A stretch of 64,000 nucleotides of DNA from an uncultured Acidobacteriota bacterium. Lineage in GTDB: Bacteria; Acidobacteriota; Thermoanaerobaculia; UBA5066. The position numbers were made by a program, and so were the translations under genes. Location: NCBI GenBank assembly GCA_963779415.1, contig CAVZYA010000002.1, forward strand, positions 864,001 to 928,000, given 5' to 3'. The notes under the pieces were generated by a model. It was not told the DNA's origin. It was given only the letters and a program-made list of their open reading frames with translations, and ran no database searches. Of the stretch, positions 21,715 to 32,149 are shown piece by piece; position 1 is the first letter of the stretch; every line of letters starts with the position of its first letter.

Positions 21715-23547
21715 GTGTACGAGCCAAGTGGTCCACCGTACTCCATCTCCCCGCCGGAGATTCGCGCCGAGCGCGACCGGTTCCTCTCCGATTTCTCCCT
21801 CGAGCTCGTCGGAACCGAGGACGAGGCCGGGCTCCTCGGCTGGGCGGTGGGCGAGATCGGGCGCCTTCTCTCCGTCGACCGTGTCGGGCTCTTTCTCTTC
21901 GAGGGCCCGCCCGAGGAAGGGGTGATGGCGCTGCGCGCGACGTGGCACGCCGACGGCATTGCCCCTCTCCCGCAGAACGTGGAGAGCGAGAGGACCGAGA
22001 GCTGGGCGGAGGTACTCCGGAACCGGGTCCCGATCCTCGCGGCCGACGCTCTTTCCGAACCCGCCCTTTCGTCGATCGCGACCTGGCTCGAGCAGCTGGG
22101 TACGAAGTCGCTCCTGGCGGTTCCTCTCCTCGCCGGGGAAAGGTCGCTCGGCTTCGTGTCGGCGGCAGCCGTCCGCGAGAGGCGTGTCTGGACGGCGGAG
22201 GAAGCCGACTTCCTCCAGTCGGCGGCGCGGCACGTCGCGGCGGCGCTGAAGCAGGGCGAGCTTCTGGAGGAGCTCTCGCTCCAGCGGGACCGTCTCTCCG
22301 TCCTGCTCGACGTCGCCGCCGCCGTCCAGCAGTCCGGGACTTCGGAGGAGGTCATCCGGACGGCGCTCGAAAAGCTCCGGACGACGCTCGGATTCCGGGC
22401 CGGATTCTTCGCGCTTCTCTCCCCGGCCGGAGACGAAGCGGTGAGCGTCGGGATGTACGCTGCCGACGCCCGAAAGGCCGAGGAGCTTCCGACGACCTGG
22501 AGGCGCCGGCTCGACCCGGCCGTGCCGGGACCGAAGGAGCTGACCGTCCAGGTCATCGAGTCCGGACAGGCCATCGTCGTGGATGACCTGACGACCGATC
22601 CGCGGGCGGCGGCCTCGCGCCCTCTTCTCGGAAGGCTCGGCGTCGGCTCGACAGCGGTCTTTCCGATGCGGGCCGCCGGAAGGCTCGTCGGGATCATGTC
22701 CGTGGGGGGCCCGGCCGAGACGTGGAGCCTCGCCGCGGAGGATGCCGACGTCCTTCAGTCCCTCGCGGACTTCGTCGGTGTCGCGCTCGACCAGCGGCGG
22801 GTGACCGAGGCGCTCGAGCGCTCGAACCGCTTGAAGGACGACTTCCTCGCGAACCTTTCGCACGAGGTCCGGACACCCCTGACGGGGATCGTCGGCTGGA
22901 CGGAGGTTCTCCTCGACAGCGCTCCGGCGGACCCCGCGGCGCGCCGGGGGCTCGAGGCGATCCTCGCCCAGGCCTCGACCCTCTCCCGGATGCTGACCGA
23001 CCTGATCGACCTGTCGCGGATCGACAACTTCGGCCTCGAGCTGCGCCGGACGGCCGTCCGTCTCGGCGAGACGGTCGCCGCCGCGCTCGACACCGTCACG
23101 CCCGCGGCTTCGAAGAAAGGAGTCCCGATCGTCTGCGACGTCGCCCGGGACCTTCCGGATCTGGATGGCGATCCGGCGCGCCTTCAGCAGGTGGTCTGGA
23201 ACCTCCTGACGAACGCGGTGAAGTTCTCGCCGCCCGGCAAGCCCGTCCGGCTCGAGGCCCGGAGCTCTCCGGGGGGTGGCGTCGAGCTGATCGTGACGGA
23301 CGAAGGAGCGGGAATCGACCCGGGCTTCCTGCCGCACGTCTTCGACCGGTTCCGGCAGGAGGAAAGCTCCTCAAGCCGCCGGTACGGCGGCCTCGGCGTC
23401 GGTCTTTCCATCGCGCGCGCCATCGTGGAGGCGCATGGAGGGACGATCGAGGCGGCGAGCGAGGGTCGAGGCCGAGGCGCCCGTTTCTGCGTCACCTTCC
23501 CCCGGCGCACGGACGCGCGGGAAGCCCGGAGCGTTCTTGGTCCCTGA
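21715..23547 (+). CDS. Cytoplasmic double-GAF sensor histidine kinase (start approximate)
   Basis: Two GAF-like segments, FLANLSHEVRTPL H-box, NLLTNAVKFS, DEGAGI and GGLGVGLSI. Confidence 0.88.
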   Translation: MYEPSGPPYSISPPEIRAERDRFLSDFSLELVGTEDEAGLLGWAVGEIGRLLSVDRVGLFLFEGPPEEGVMALRATWHADGIAPLPQNVESERTESWAEVLRNRVPILAADALSEPALSSIATWLEQLGTKSLLAVPLLAGERSLGFVSAAAVRERRVWTAEEADFLQSAARHVAAALKQGELLEELSLQRDRLSVLLDVAAAVQQSGTSEEVIRTALEKLRTTLGFRAGFFALLSPAGDEAVSVGMYAADARKAEELPTTWRRRLDPAVPGPKELTVQVIESGQAIVVDDLTTDPRAAASRPLLGRLGVGSTAVFPMRAAGRLVGIMSVGGPAETWSLAAEDADVLQSLADFVGVALDQRRVTEALERSNRLKDDFLANLSHEVRTPLTGIVGWTEVLLDSAPADPAARRGLEAILAQASTLSRMLTDLIDLSRIDNFGLELRRTAVRLGETVAAALDTVTPAASKKGVPIVCDVARDLPDLDGDPARLQQVVWNLLTNAVKFSPPGKPVRLEARSSPGGGVELIVTDEGAGIDPGFLPHVFDRFRQEESSSSRRYGGLGVGLSIARAIVEAHGGTIEAASEGRGRGARFCVTFPRRTDAREARSVLGP

Positions 23548-24229
23548 AGCCGCAACGCTTCTCGCGATCCTCCTCGCCGCCCCGGCCGGCGATCCGTCCG
23601 GCCCCTGGGACCGCTGGCACTTCGTCTTCGGGAAGGAGGTGGAGATGTCGATTCTCTTTCGCCGCGACGCGGCCGGCGACGAGACCCGCCTTCTCGTCAG
23701 GAGCGAAGCGGGGAGCTTCGAGCTTTCCTCGCATCAGGACCCGTCGGGTAACGACTCGACGGAATCCGTGAGATGGCTGGCAACGGGGGAGACCCTGGAG
23801 CGGAGGATTCTTCTGAAAGGATGGGAAGCGGTGGCGGGTTGCGAGGACACGCATCGACCCGATGCCTGCCTCCTGTGGAGGGGAGCAAACGGCAGCGTCG
23901 CCTCGAGGATGTCGCAATTCTCGGGAGAGGCCGCACGCGCGGCAAGGCATCAGGTGGCCGCCATCGTCTCTCCGGCCTTCAAAGAACATCTCTTCTCCCT
24001 CGCGGAGATCTTTCCCTTGATGGCCGAGTTCGGCTCGTACACGAGCGACTTCCTCGGCCTCGTCTGGCCCGACCCGTTCCGCCGCCCGGCGGCCTTGCGA
24101 AAGGGGACGCGAACGCGCGGCTGCGACTTCGATGCGCTCTTCGGCCATCCCTGCTCGGCGGTCGAGCGTGAGCGGGAGGAGAAGCGGCCGGGGGCCGGCC
24201 CGCAAAGGGTCCCCGGCTCCGCGGGGTAA
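23537..24229 (+). CDS. Hypothetical exported protein
   Basis: Fills the gap between kinase and helicase; hydrophobic N-terminus (AATLLAILLAAPA); four Cys. Confidence 0.55.
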   Translation: MVPEAATLLAILLAAPAGDPSGPWDRWHFVFGKEVEMSILFRRDAAGDETRLLVRSEAGSFELSSHQDPSGNDSTESVRWLATGETLERRILLKGWEAVAGCEDTHRPDACLLWRGANGSVASRMSQFSGEAARAARHQVAAIVSPAFKEHLFSLAEIFPLMAEFGSYTSDFLGLVWPDPFRRPAALRKGTRTRGCDFDALFGHPCSAVEREREEKRPGAGPQRVPGSAG

Positions 24230-24238
24230 TCTCGCGGC

Positions 24239-26341
24239 ATGTCCGACGAGAAGCCTGCGCCGCGCCGCTACGTCCTCCGGCGGACGGGGAGCGCGAAGAG
24301 CTACCGCGTCGACTACGGCCGCGAGCTGAACGACGAGCAGCGGGCCGTCGTCTTCGCGCCGGACGGCCCGACCCTCGTCGTGGCCGGAGCCGGATCGGGG
24401 AAGACGCGGACGCTCGTCTACCGCGTCTCGCGCCTCCTCGAGGACGGAGTCGACCCGGCCTCGCTCATGCTCCTCACGTTCACGAACCGCGCGGCGCGCG
24501 AGATGAAGCGGCGGGTGGAGGGGCTCGCCGGCGCGGACCTCGTCCGAATGACGGCGGGGACGTTCCACGCCGTCGGAGCGCGGCTCCTCCGGCCCCACGC
24601 TGACCTTCTCGGCTACCGCCCGAACTTTTCCATCCTCGACTCGGAGGATGCGAAGGACCTCCTCGAGTCGGCCACGTCGGACCTCGGGATTCCGGTGACC
24701 GAGCGCCGCTTCCCGAAGGGAGACCTCCTCCACGCGATCGTCTCCTTCTGCGTCAACACGGAACGGCGGCTCGACGACGTCCTCGCGGCCGACTACCCGC
24801 ACTTCCTTCCCCAGATCGACGCGATCCGGGCGGTCGTCGAGCGGTACCGCGAGCGGAAGGTCGCCGCGAACGGGATGGACTACGACGACCTCCTTTTGAA
24901 CTGGCGGCGGCTGCTCGTGGAGCACGAGGGGGTCCGGAAGACGCTGGCGCATCGCTTCCGGCACGTCCTCGTCGACGAGTACCAGGACGTGAACCGGCTG
25001 CAAGCGGATCTCGTCGACCTCCTCGTCTCGGACGCGCCGACGAAGAACGTCATGGTCGTCGGCGACGACGCGCAGTCGATCTACTCGTTCCGCGGCGCCG
25101 ACTTCGAGGCGCTCCTGACCTTTCCGGACCGCTACCCGGGGGCGGCCGTCTTCAGGCTGGAGACGAACTACCGCTCGACGCCGGAGATCCTCCGCCTTGC
25201 CGATGCCTCGATCGCGCACAACACGCGCCGGTTCGAGAAGACGCTCCACCCGGTCCGGCCGCCGGGGGTCCCGGTCTCCGTCGTCGGGACGGCCGACGTC
25301 GCGCAGCAGGCGGAGTTCGTGGCCCAGCGGGTTCTCGAGCTCCGGGACGAAGGGCTGCCGCTCACCGAGATCGCGGTCCTGTACCGGGCGCACCATCAGG
25401 CCCTCGAGCTTCAACTGGAGCTGTCGCGGCGGGGGATCCCGTACGAGGTCCGCTCGGGGGTCCGCTTCTTCGAGCAGCAGCACGTCAAGGACGTCCTCGC
25501 CCATCTCCGACTCCTCGTGAACCCGAAGGACGAGACCTCGTTCAAGCGGGCGCTGAAGCTCCTGCCGAAGGTGGGGGAGCGGACGGCGGCGACCCTCTGG
25601 ATGGCGGTCTCGGGTTCGGCGGATCCGATCGCCGGCTTCCTCGGCCTCGATCTGGGGCGAGCGCCCGCCGGCGCTCGGGCCGGGCTCGAGCGCTTCGCTT
25701 CGGCGCTCCGGACGCTCCGGAAGGCGTCCTATCTCTCCTCGCCGGCGGAGGCGATCCGCTTCGTCGTGGAGGAAGGGGGCTACGCGGAGCTCTCCCGCTC
25801 GCGCTTCCCGAACTGGCAGGCCCGGCTGGACGACCTCGAAGCGCTCGCGCAGTTCGCGATGCCCTACGACGGGGTGGAGAGCTTCCTCTCGGAAGTGACG
25901 CTTTTCGGGGAGCCGGCCGGCGAGGAGACGATCGCGGGAGAGAACGAAGACGAGCGGCTCGTTCTCTCGTCCATCCATCAGGCCAAGGGACTCGAGTGGC
26001 GGGCGGTCTTCGTCATCGGCCTCGTCGAGGACCGGTTCCCGAACGTCCGCGCCTCGAAGACCGCCGAAGGGCTGGAAGAGGAGCGGCGGCTCTTCTACGT
26101 CGCCGCGACGCGGGCGAAGGACGAGCTGGCCCTCGTTCATCCGCTCGCCTCCTTCGACCGGTACGGGATGATCATCGTCACGGAGCCGTCCCGCTTCCTG
26201 CGCGAGCTTCCGGACGGCCTCTACGAGCGGTGGGTCCTCGAGCCGGGGCCGCCGTCTCTCGAGGCGCCGTCCGCGCCGCGCGCACTCGCCGCGCCGGACG
26301 ATCCGACCGCGATTCCGGACGACGAAGAGCCCGTGAACTGA
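24239..26341 (+). CDS. UvrD/PcrA family ATP-dependent DNA helicase
   Basis: AGAGSGKT, TFTNRAAREM, VDEYQD, VGDDAQSIYSFRGA, NYRST, HQAKGLEW and EERRLFYVAATRAK motifs. Confidence 0.95.
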   Translation: MSDEKPAPRRYVLRRTGSAKSYRVDYGRELNDEQRAVVFAPDGPTLVVAGAGSGKTRTLVYRVSRLLEDGVDPASLMLLTFTNRAAREMKRRVEGLAGADLVRMTAGTFHAVGARLLRPHADLLGYRPNFSILDSEDAKDLLESATSDLGIPVTERRFPKGDLLHAIVSFCVNTERRLDDVLAADYPHFLPQIDAIRAVVERYRERKVAANGMDYDDLLLNWRRLLVEHEGVRKTLAHRFRHVLVDEYQDVNRLQADLVDLLVSDAPTKNVMVVGDDAQSIYSFRGADFEALLTFPDRYPGAAVFRLETNYRSTPEILRLADASIAHNTRRFEKTLHPVRPPGVPVSVVGTADVAQQAEFVAQRVLELRDEGLPLTEIAVLYRAHHQALELQLELSRRGIPYEVRSGVRFFEQQHVKDVLAHLRLLVNPKDETSFKRALKLLPKVGERTAATLWMAVSGSADPIAGFLGLDLGRAPAGARAGLERFASALRTLRKASYLSSPAEAIRFVVEEGGYAELSRSRFPNWQARLDDLEALAQFAMPYDGVESFLSEVTLFGEPAGEETIAGENEDERLVLSSIHQAKGLEWRAVFVIGLVEDRFPNVRASKTAEGLEEERRLFYVAATRAKDELALVHPLASFDRYGMIIVTEPSRFLRELPDGLYERWVLEPGPPSLEAPSAPRALAAPDDPTAIPDDEEPVN

Positions 26342-26393
26342 AGCGCCCCCGGGGATTGCCCGGAGGCGCTCGGAAGGCGGGAAGGCGCGAGGA

Positions 26394-28370
26394 TTACTTG
26401 CCGCCGACGACCTTCACGACGGCGGTGGAGCCGGGGATTTTCTCCCCCTCCATCGGTTCGAAGCGGCCGCCGAGACAGCCGGACAGGAACTTCTCCGCCC
26501 GGGCGTTGAAATCGATCCGGTTCTCGGGGCGGGCGAAGCCGTGCCCCTCGTCCGGGTAGAGGACGTAGGTCACGCTCCCCCTGTTCTTCTCGATCGCCTC
26601 GACGATCTGCTCGGATTCCTTCACGTTCACGCGCGGGTCGTTGGCTCCCTGACCGATCAGGAGTGGCTTCGTGATCCTGTCGGCTTTGAAGAGCGGCGAG
26701 GCGTTCCGGATCAGCTCGGCGTCCTTCGGGTCGTCGACGTTCCCCATCCGGACGTCGAACTGGGCGCGCATCGGTTTCCAGTAGGGCGGAATCGAAGCGA
26801 TGAGCGTCTTCAGGTTGGACGGGCCGACGATGTCGACGTTGCAGGCGAAGAACTCCGGCGTGAAGGCGGCCGAGGCGAGGGCGGCGTAGCCACCGTACGA
26901 GCCGCCGAAGGTCGCGATCCTCTTCGGGTCGGCGACTCCCTCGGCGATGGCCCATTTCGCGGCGTCGATCAGGTCGTCGTGCATCTTCAGGCCCCACTGC
27001 CTGTTTCCGGCATTGAGGAACGCCTTCCCGTAGCCGGTCGAAGCGCGGTAGTTGACCTGGAGGACGGCGTAGCCGCGGTTCGCGAGCCACTGGGCATACG
27101 GGTTGTAGCCCCAGACGTCGCGGCCCCACGGGCCGCCGTGGACGAAGAGGACCATCGGGAGGTTCTTCGGCGGAAGGCCGGCGGGGAGCGTCAGGTAGGA
27201 GTAGAGATTCAGGCCGTCGCGGCTCCTGATGACGACCGGCTTCATTGCCGAGAGGGCGAGGCCGGAGAGCTTCGGCTGCGAGAAGAACATGAAGTCGCCC
27301 TTCTTCGCCGTCCGGTCCCAGCGGTAGAAGGCGGTGGGCCCGCGGTCGGAGGTGAAGGCGACGAGCCAGACGTCGTCCTTCGACGTCCGGTTCACGAGGC
27401 TGAAGTCGCCATCGTGGAGCTTCCTTATCCCTTCGAAGTCGGCCTTCACGGCCGGATCGGTCACCGTCCACTCGGCGCGCCCCGGGGCGAAGAGAACGGC
27501 TTCGAGAGTCCGCGTCTTCGGATTGACGAGAAGCGTCTCGGCGTCGACGACCTCCGAGGAGGCGAGGACGGTCTCGGCGCCCGTGGCGATGTTGCGTCTC
27601 ACGGCCCGCGCCTTGTCGCTGCCGATGGAGGAGATCAGGTAAGCCTCTTTTCCGTCGGCCGTGAAGTCGACGAAGACGAGGATCTCCTCGGGGCCGACCT
27701 TGATCCATGGCCTGAAGGGCGATTTCGCGTCGTCGCGGATCCGGATCTCGGTCCCGCCGTCTCCTGTCGAAACCGTGGCCGCGCGGACCTGGAGCTTCGC
27801 GTCGGTGTCCCAGCCGGCGACGTCGCCCGGGTTCTCGGCGTCGAGGACGAGGCCGCCCGTCCTGAGATTCAGACGATGCACGTCCATGAGCTCACGGTTC
27901 CGGAGGTTCATCTCGACCAGGACCTCGTCGGGGAAGTCGGGGTTCGTGTCGACGAGCCCCGCGCGCACGCCCTGGAACGGCGTGTAGTCGCGCACGTTGC
28001 CGGACGCGAGATCGACCCCGTAGAGGTGGAAGTTCTCGTCGCCGTCGTTGTCCTGCACGTAGAGGAGGGTCCGGTTGTCCTTGGCCCAGGAGTACTGGCG
28101 GATGCCGCGCTTCCTGTCGGCGGTCACGATCTTCTCGTCGCCCTTGCCGACCGTCTTCACCCAGACCTGCAGGACGTTCTTCTTGTCGGGCGCGAGCCAG
28201 GCCAGGCGCGTCCCGTCCGGGGAGAGCCGGGGAGAGGTCCTCTCCGGGTTCCCGAAGAGGACGTCGCGGGAGATGAGCGGGGGCTGCTGGGCCGAGGCCG
28301 TCGCCGTCGGGAAGGCGAAGGCGGCGAGGATCAGGGCCGGCAGCGCCCTCCAGAACCGGTGGGTTTTCAT
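26394..28370 (-). CDS. S9 family (prolyl oligopeptidase / acylaminoacyl peptidase) exported peptidase
   Basis: Signal peptide; HGGPW, GGSYGGY, GANDPRV and DEGHGF catalytic motifs. Confidence 0.94.
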   Translation of the reverse strand: MKTHRFWRALPALILAAFAFPTATASAQQPPLISRDVLFGNPERTSPRLSPDGTRLAWLAPDKKNVLQVWVKTVGKGDEKIVTADRKRGIRQYSWAKDNRTLLYVQDNDGDENFHLYGVDLASGNVRDYTPFQGVRAGLVDTNPDFPDEVLVEMNLRNRELMDVHRLNLRTGGLVLDAENPGDVAGWDTDAKLQVRAATVSTGDGGTEIRIRDDAKSPFRPWIKVGPEEILVFVDFTADGKEAYLISSIGSDKARAVRRNIATGAETVLASSEVVDAETLLVNPKTRTLEAVLFAPGRAEWTVTDPAVKADFEGIRKLHDGDFSLVNRTSKDDVWLVAFTSDRGPTAFYRWDRTAKKGDFMFFSQPKLSGLALSAMKPVVIRSRDGLNLYSYLTLPAGLPPKNLPMVLFVHGGPWGRDVWGYNPYAQWLANRGYAVLQVNYRASTGYGKAFLNAGNRQWGLKMHDDLIDAAKWAIAEGVADPKRIATFGGSYGGYAALASAAFTPEFFACNVDIVGPSNLKTLIASIPPYWKPMRAQFDVRMGNVDDPKDAELIRNASPLFKADRITKPLLIGQGANDPRVNVKESEQIVEAIEKNRGSVTYVLYPDEGHGFARPENRIDFNARAEKFLSGCLGGRFEPMEGEKIPGSTAVVKVVGGK

Positions 28371-28436
28371 CCGTTTTCCTCCTGAAGGTTCCTTGAATTC
28401 AGCCACTTGCGGCTTGGGACCAACCCGGGGGTCGCG

Positions 28437-28463
28437 GGAACCTTTCCGGGCCGGTCGCGTATC
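28437..28463 (+). promoter_or_regulatory. Putative ECF-sigma promoter upstream of the ABC exporter operon
   Basis: GGAACC-N16-GTATC (CGTA -10 element). Confidence 0.5.
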
Positions 28464-28523
28464 TCAAATTAACGTGGTCGGTGGCGAAATGTTTCCGGAA
28501 CCCGTGAACTGAGAAAGGCCGCC

Positions 28524-29627
28524 ATGGGCAAGCTCTTCCGGCTCCTCCTCGTCCTTCTCGTCCTGGTCGGCGCGGCGACCGGCGTCTACGCCTTCACGAG
28601 GTCGCAGAAGAAGGAGAACGGCCTGAAGCTCGTCGAGGCCACGGTCGGCTCCATCACGGAGAAGGCGGTCGCCGTCGGCCAGATCCAGCCGCGCCAGAAA
28701 TTCAGCGTGAAATCGAAGATCTCCGGCATCGTGAAGAGCTGCCGGATCGAGGTGGGCGACTTCGTGAAGGCGGGCGATTCGCTCTTCGAGATCGCCCCCG
28801 ATCCGACTCCCCTCGAGCAGACGGAGGTGGATCGGCAGGTCGACTCGGCGCAGGCCTCCTTCGTTCGGGCGAAGGTCGATTTCGAGCGCGCGGTGGAGCT
28901 CCAACGGCAGGGGATCATCCCGAAGTCGGACGTCGACAGCCGCCGCGAGTCGTACGAGCTCGCGAAGATCGCGCTCGAGAAGGCCCAGCAGAACCGGGCC
29001 CTGACGCGAAGCGGCCGGGTCGTGACCGCCAGCGCCGACATCGACTCGATCATCCGGGCTCCCTCCGCCGGGACGATCCTGACGCGCATGGTGAACCCCG
29101 GCGACCCGGTCGTCCCGCTCACGTCGTACCAGCCCGGGACCGAGATGGCGACGATCGCGGACATGAAGGACCTGATCTTCAAGGGGACCGTCGACGAGAT
29201 CGACGTCGGCAAGCTGCGCGTGGGGATGCTCGCCCGGATCAAGGTCGGCGCGCTCCCGACCGACGTCGTCACGGGACACGTCTCGCGGATCGCGCCGCAG
29301 GCGCAGCAGAAGGAGGGTGCGACGCTCTTCGACGTGGAGATCGAGCTCGACCCGTCGGCCGGCGTCACGCTCCGGGCGGGCTACTCGGCGAACGCCGACC
29401 TGATCATCCGCGAGAAGAAGGAGATCCTGACGATCCCCGAACGACTCGTCATCTTCGAGGACGGCGGGAAGAAGACCTTCGTCGAGCTTCCGGCGGAAAA
29501 CCCCAAGGCCGAGCCGAAGAAGGTCTCCGTGAAGATCGGTATCTCCGATGGCCTCAACGTGGAAGTCCTCGAAGGGTTGAAAAAGGGGGACAAAGTCGTG
29601 CAGAGACCCCCGAAGGAGATTTCTTAG
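28524..29627 (+). CDS. Efflux periplasmic adaptor subunit (MacA/HlyD family)
   Basis: N-terminal TM, VKSKISGIV, IRAPSAGTI, VDEIDVGKL and GISDG motifs. Confidence 0.92.
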   Translation: MGKLFRLLLVLLVLVGAATGVYAFTRSQKKENGLKLVEATVGSITEKAVAVGQIQPRQKFSVKSKISGIVKSCRIEVGDFVKAGDSLFEIAPDPTPLEQTEVDRQVDSAQASFVRAKVDFERAVELQRQGIIPKSDVDSRRESYELAKIALEKAQQNRALTRSGRVVTASADIDSIIRAPSAGTILTRMVNPGDPVVPLTSYQPGTEMATIADMKDLIFKGTVDEIDVGKLRVGMLARIKVGALPTDVVTGHVSRIAPQAQQKEGATLFDVEIELDPSAGVTLRAGYSANADLIIREKKEILTIPERLVIFEDGGKKTFVELPAENPKAEPKKVSVKIGISDGLNVEVLEGLKKGDKVVQRPPKEIS

Positions 29628-29652
29628 AAGGGTGAGTGAGGCAGGCTGATCG

Positions 29653-30885
29653 ATGGAGACTCTGAAGGAGGTTCTCCTCCAGCTTCACCGGGATCTCCGG
29701 AGCCAGAAGCTCCGGACCTTCCTGACGGTCTTCGGTCTCGTCTGGGGAACCGTCGCCGTGACGCTTCTCCTCGCGTTCGGGACGGGCCTCAAGAAGCAGC
29801 TCGTCAAGAGCACGGCGGGGCTCGGCGACCGCATCTGCATCGCGTGGCCGGGGCTGACCTCGATCCCGTATCAGGGTCTCGGAAAAGGGCGGCGGATCCG
29901 GCTGACGGAGGAGGACATCGACTTCGTCCGCGCGCGCGCCGAGGGGATCCGCGGCATCTCGAGCGAGTACTCGGAGACGGTGAAGCTCCATTACGCGCTG
30001 AAGACCTGGCCGGTCGACGTCTCCGGCGTCTCGGCCGACTTCGGCTGGATGCGAAACCTGATCCCGGAGGAGGGGGGGCGCTTCCTCAACCCGATCGACA
30101 TGGACGAGCAGCGACGGGTCGTCTTTCTGGGGGACAAGCTGGCGAAGAACATCTTCGGGAGCGAGCCGGCCGTCGGGAAGACCGTGATGATGTGGAACTC
30201 GCCTTTCCTCGTCGTCGGGGTCCTGATTCCGAAGGAGCAGGACTCGAGCTACAGCGGGCGCGACAACGACAAGGCCACCATCCCGGGGACGACCTTCCGG
30301 GCTTTGACCGGCGACAAGTACGTCAACAACGTCATCTATCAGCCGGACCCGGCGATCAGCTCGAAGAAGGTGAACGAGAACGTCCTCGCCTCCCTCGGGG
30401 CGAAGAAGAAGTTCGACCCGAAGGACAAGGAGGCGCTTTCGGTCTGGGACACGACGGAGGAGTTCGCCTTCTTCGACACGTTCATGCTCGCCTTCAACCT
30501 CTTCCTCGGGATCGTCGGGTCGCTGACGCTCGTCGTCGGCGGAATCGGCGTCTCGAACATCATGAACGTCGTCGTCGAGGAGCGGACGAAGGAGATCGGG
30601 ATCAAGATGGCCCTCGGGGCCCGACAGGGCTTCATCCTGAAGCAGTTCCTCCTCGAGACTCTCCTGATCACGGCGATCGGCGGGGCCATCGGCTTCGCCA
30701 TCTCGCTCGCGATCTGCGCCGTCTTCCCGAAGGCGGGTCTCACCGAGTACGTCGGCATCCCGGAGGTGTCGCTCCCGGTCGCCACCATCACGACGGCCGT
30801 CCTCGGGACGATCGGCCTCCTCGCCGGCTGGTTCCCCGCCCGGGCCGCGTCGCGCCTCGATCCGGTCGTGGCGATGAAGCTGTAG
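29653..30885 (+). CDS. ABC transporter permease (MacB/FtsX family)
   Basis: LRTFLT, GGIGVSNIM, ERTKEIGIKMALGA and PARAASRLDP motifs. Confidence 0.93.
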   Translation: METLKEVLLQLHRDLRSQKLRTFLTVFGLVWGTVAVTLLLAFGTGLKKQLVKSTAGLGDRICIAWPGLTSIPYQGLGKGRRIRLTEEDIDFVRARAEGIRGISSEYSETVKLHYALKTWPVDVSGVSADFGWMRNLIPEEGGRFLNPIDMDEQRRVVFLGDKLAKNIFGSEPAVGKTVMMWNSPFLVVGVLIPKEQDSSYSGRDNDKATIPGTTFRALTGDKYVNNVIYQPDPAISSKKVNENVLASLGAKKKFDPKDKEALSVWDTTEEFAFFDTFMLAFNLFLGIVGSLTLVVGGIGVSNIMNVVVEERTKEIGIKMALGARQGFILKQFLLETLLITAIGGAIGFAISLAICAVFPKAGLTEYVGIPEVSLPVATITTAVLGTIGLLAGWFPARAASRLDPVVAMKL

Positions 30886-30895
30886 GAGCGTCGCC

Positions 30896-32140
30896 GTGAA
30901 CGTCGTTCTCCACCTCTTCCTCCAGTCGTCGCGGCTCGCGAAGAAGCGGGCGTTCCTGACGATTGCGTCGATCGCGTGGGGGACCGTTTCGATCCTCCTC
31001 CTCCTCTCGTTCGGCGAGGGGATGAAGCGGCAGTTCTCGAAGAACCGCAACTCGACCGGCGGGAACATCGCCGTCATGTGGCCGGCCGAGACGTCGAAAC
31101 CCTGGAAAGGGATGCCCCCCGGGCGGCCGATCCGTCTGACGCTCGACGACGTCGATTACGTGAGGGAACGGATGCCGGAGCTTCAGAGCGTCCTCGGCGA
31201 GGTCACCTCGTGGCGGACGAACCTCGCCTACGGGCCGAAGACGGTGAACGGCCGGGTGACCGGGACGCAGTCGGCCTACGGCGAGACGAGGCGCCACTAC
31301 GCCGTGGCCGGCGGGCGCTTCTTCAACGCGAACGACGAGGCCGAGAAGCGTCGCGTCCTCTTCCTCGGCGACGAGATGGCGAAGGATCTCTTCGGAAAGG
31401 AAGACCCCGTCGGCAAGACGCTCCTCGTCAACAACTCTCCCTTCACCGTCATCGGCGTCATGATCCACAAACGCCAGATGGGGGTCTACGGCGGCCCGGA
31501 CCAGAACCACGCCGTCATCCCCTCGTCGACGTTCAAGGCCCTTTTCGGGCGGGACCGGCTGAACGTCATCGTCATCGAGACCTGGCAGCCGGAGGAGATG
31601 GCGGGCGCGCTCCGACGCCTCAACGAGATCCTCGGGGCGAAGTACGGCTACGACCCGACCGACGAGAGGGCGCTCGCGACCTGGAACATCGTGAAGACGA
31701 GCCAGATCAACCGGAACGTCGTCCTCGGCCTCCAGCTCTTCCTCGGAATCATCGGCGTCCTGACGCTGATCATCGGGGGGGTCGGCGTGGCGAACATCAT
31801 GTACGCGGTCGTCAAGGAGCGAACGCGCGAGATCGGCGTGAAGATGGCGCTCGGGGCGCGGACGGCGTGGATCACGGGACCGTTCGTCCTCGAGGGGCTC
31901 GTCTACACGCTCCTCGGCGGCGCGGCCGGGATGTTCCTCGCCCTTCTGATCGTCACGCCGCTCGGATACGTTCCGATCGAGAAGAATGCGGTTCTCGAGT
32001 TTCTGGGGCGGCCGACGCTCTCGCCGACGATCGGGCTCGTGACCGCAGGCGTCCTCGGCCTGATCGGAACCCTCGCCGGCTATTTCCCGGCACGGCGCGC
32101 CGCGTCCATCGATCCGGCGGCGACGCTCCGGTACGAATAG
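30896..32140 (+). CDS. ABC transporter permease (MacB/FtsX family)
   Basis: GGVGVANIM, ERTREIGVKMALGA and PARRAASIDP motifs. Confidence 0.93.
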   Translation: MNVVLHLFLQSSRLAKKRAFLTIASIAWGTVSILLLLSFGEGMKRQFSKNRNSTGGNIAVMWPAETSKPWKGMPPGRPIRLTLDDVDYVRERMPELQSVLGEVTSWRTNLAYGPKTVNGRVTGTQSAYGETRRHYAVAGGRFFNANDEAEKRRVLFLGDEMAKDLFGKEDPVGKTLLVNNSPFTVIGVMIHKRQMGVYGGPDQNHAVIPSSTFKALFGRDRLNVIVIETWQPEEMAGALRRLNEILGAKYGYDPTDERALATWNIVKTSQINRNVVLGLQLFLGIIGVLTLIIGGVGVANIMYAVVKERTREIGVKMALGARTAWITGPFVLEGLVYTLLGGAAGMFLALLIVTPLGYVPIEKNAVLEFLGRPTLSPTIGLVTAGVLGLIGTLAGYFPARRAASIDPAATLRYE

Positions 32141-32149
32141 GAGACCCGC

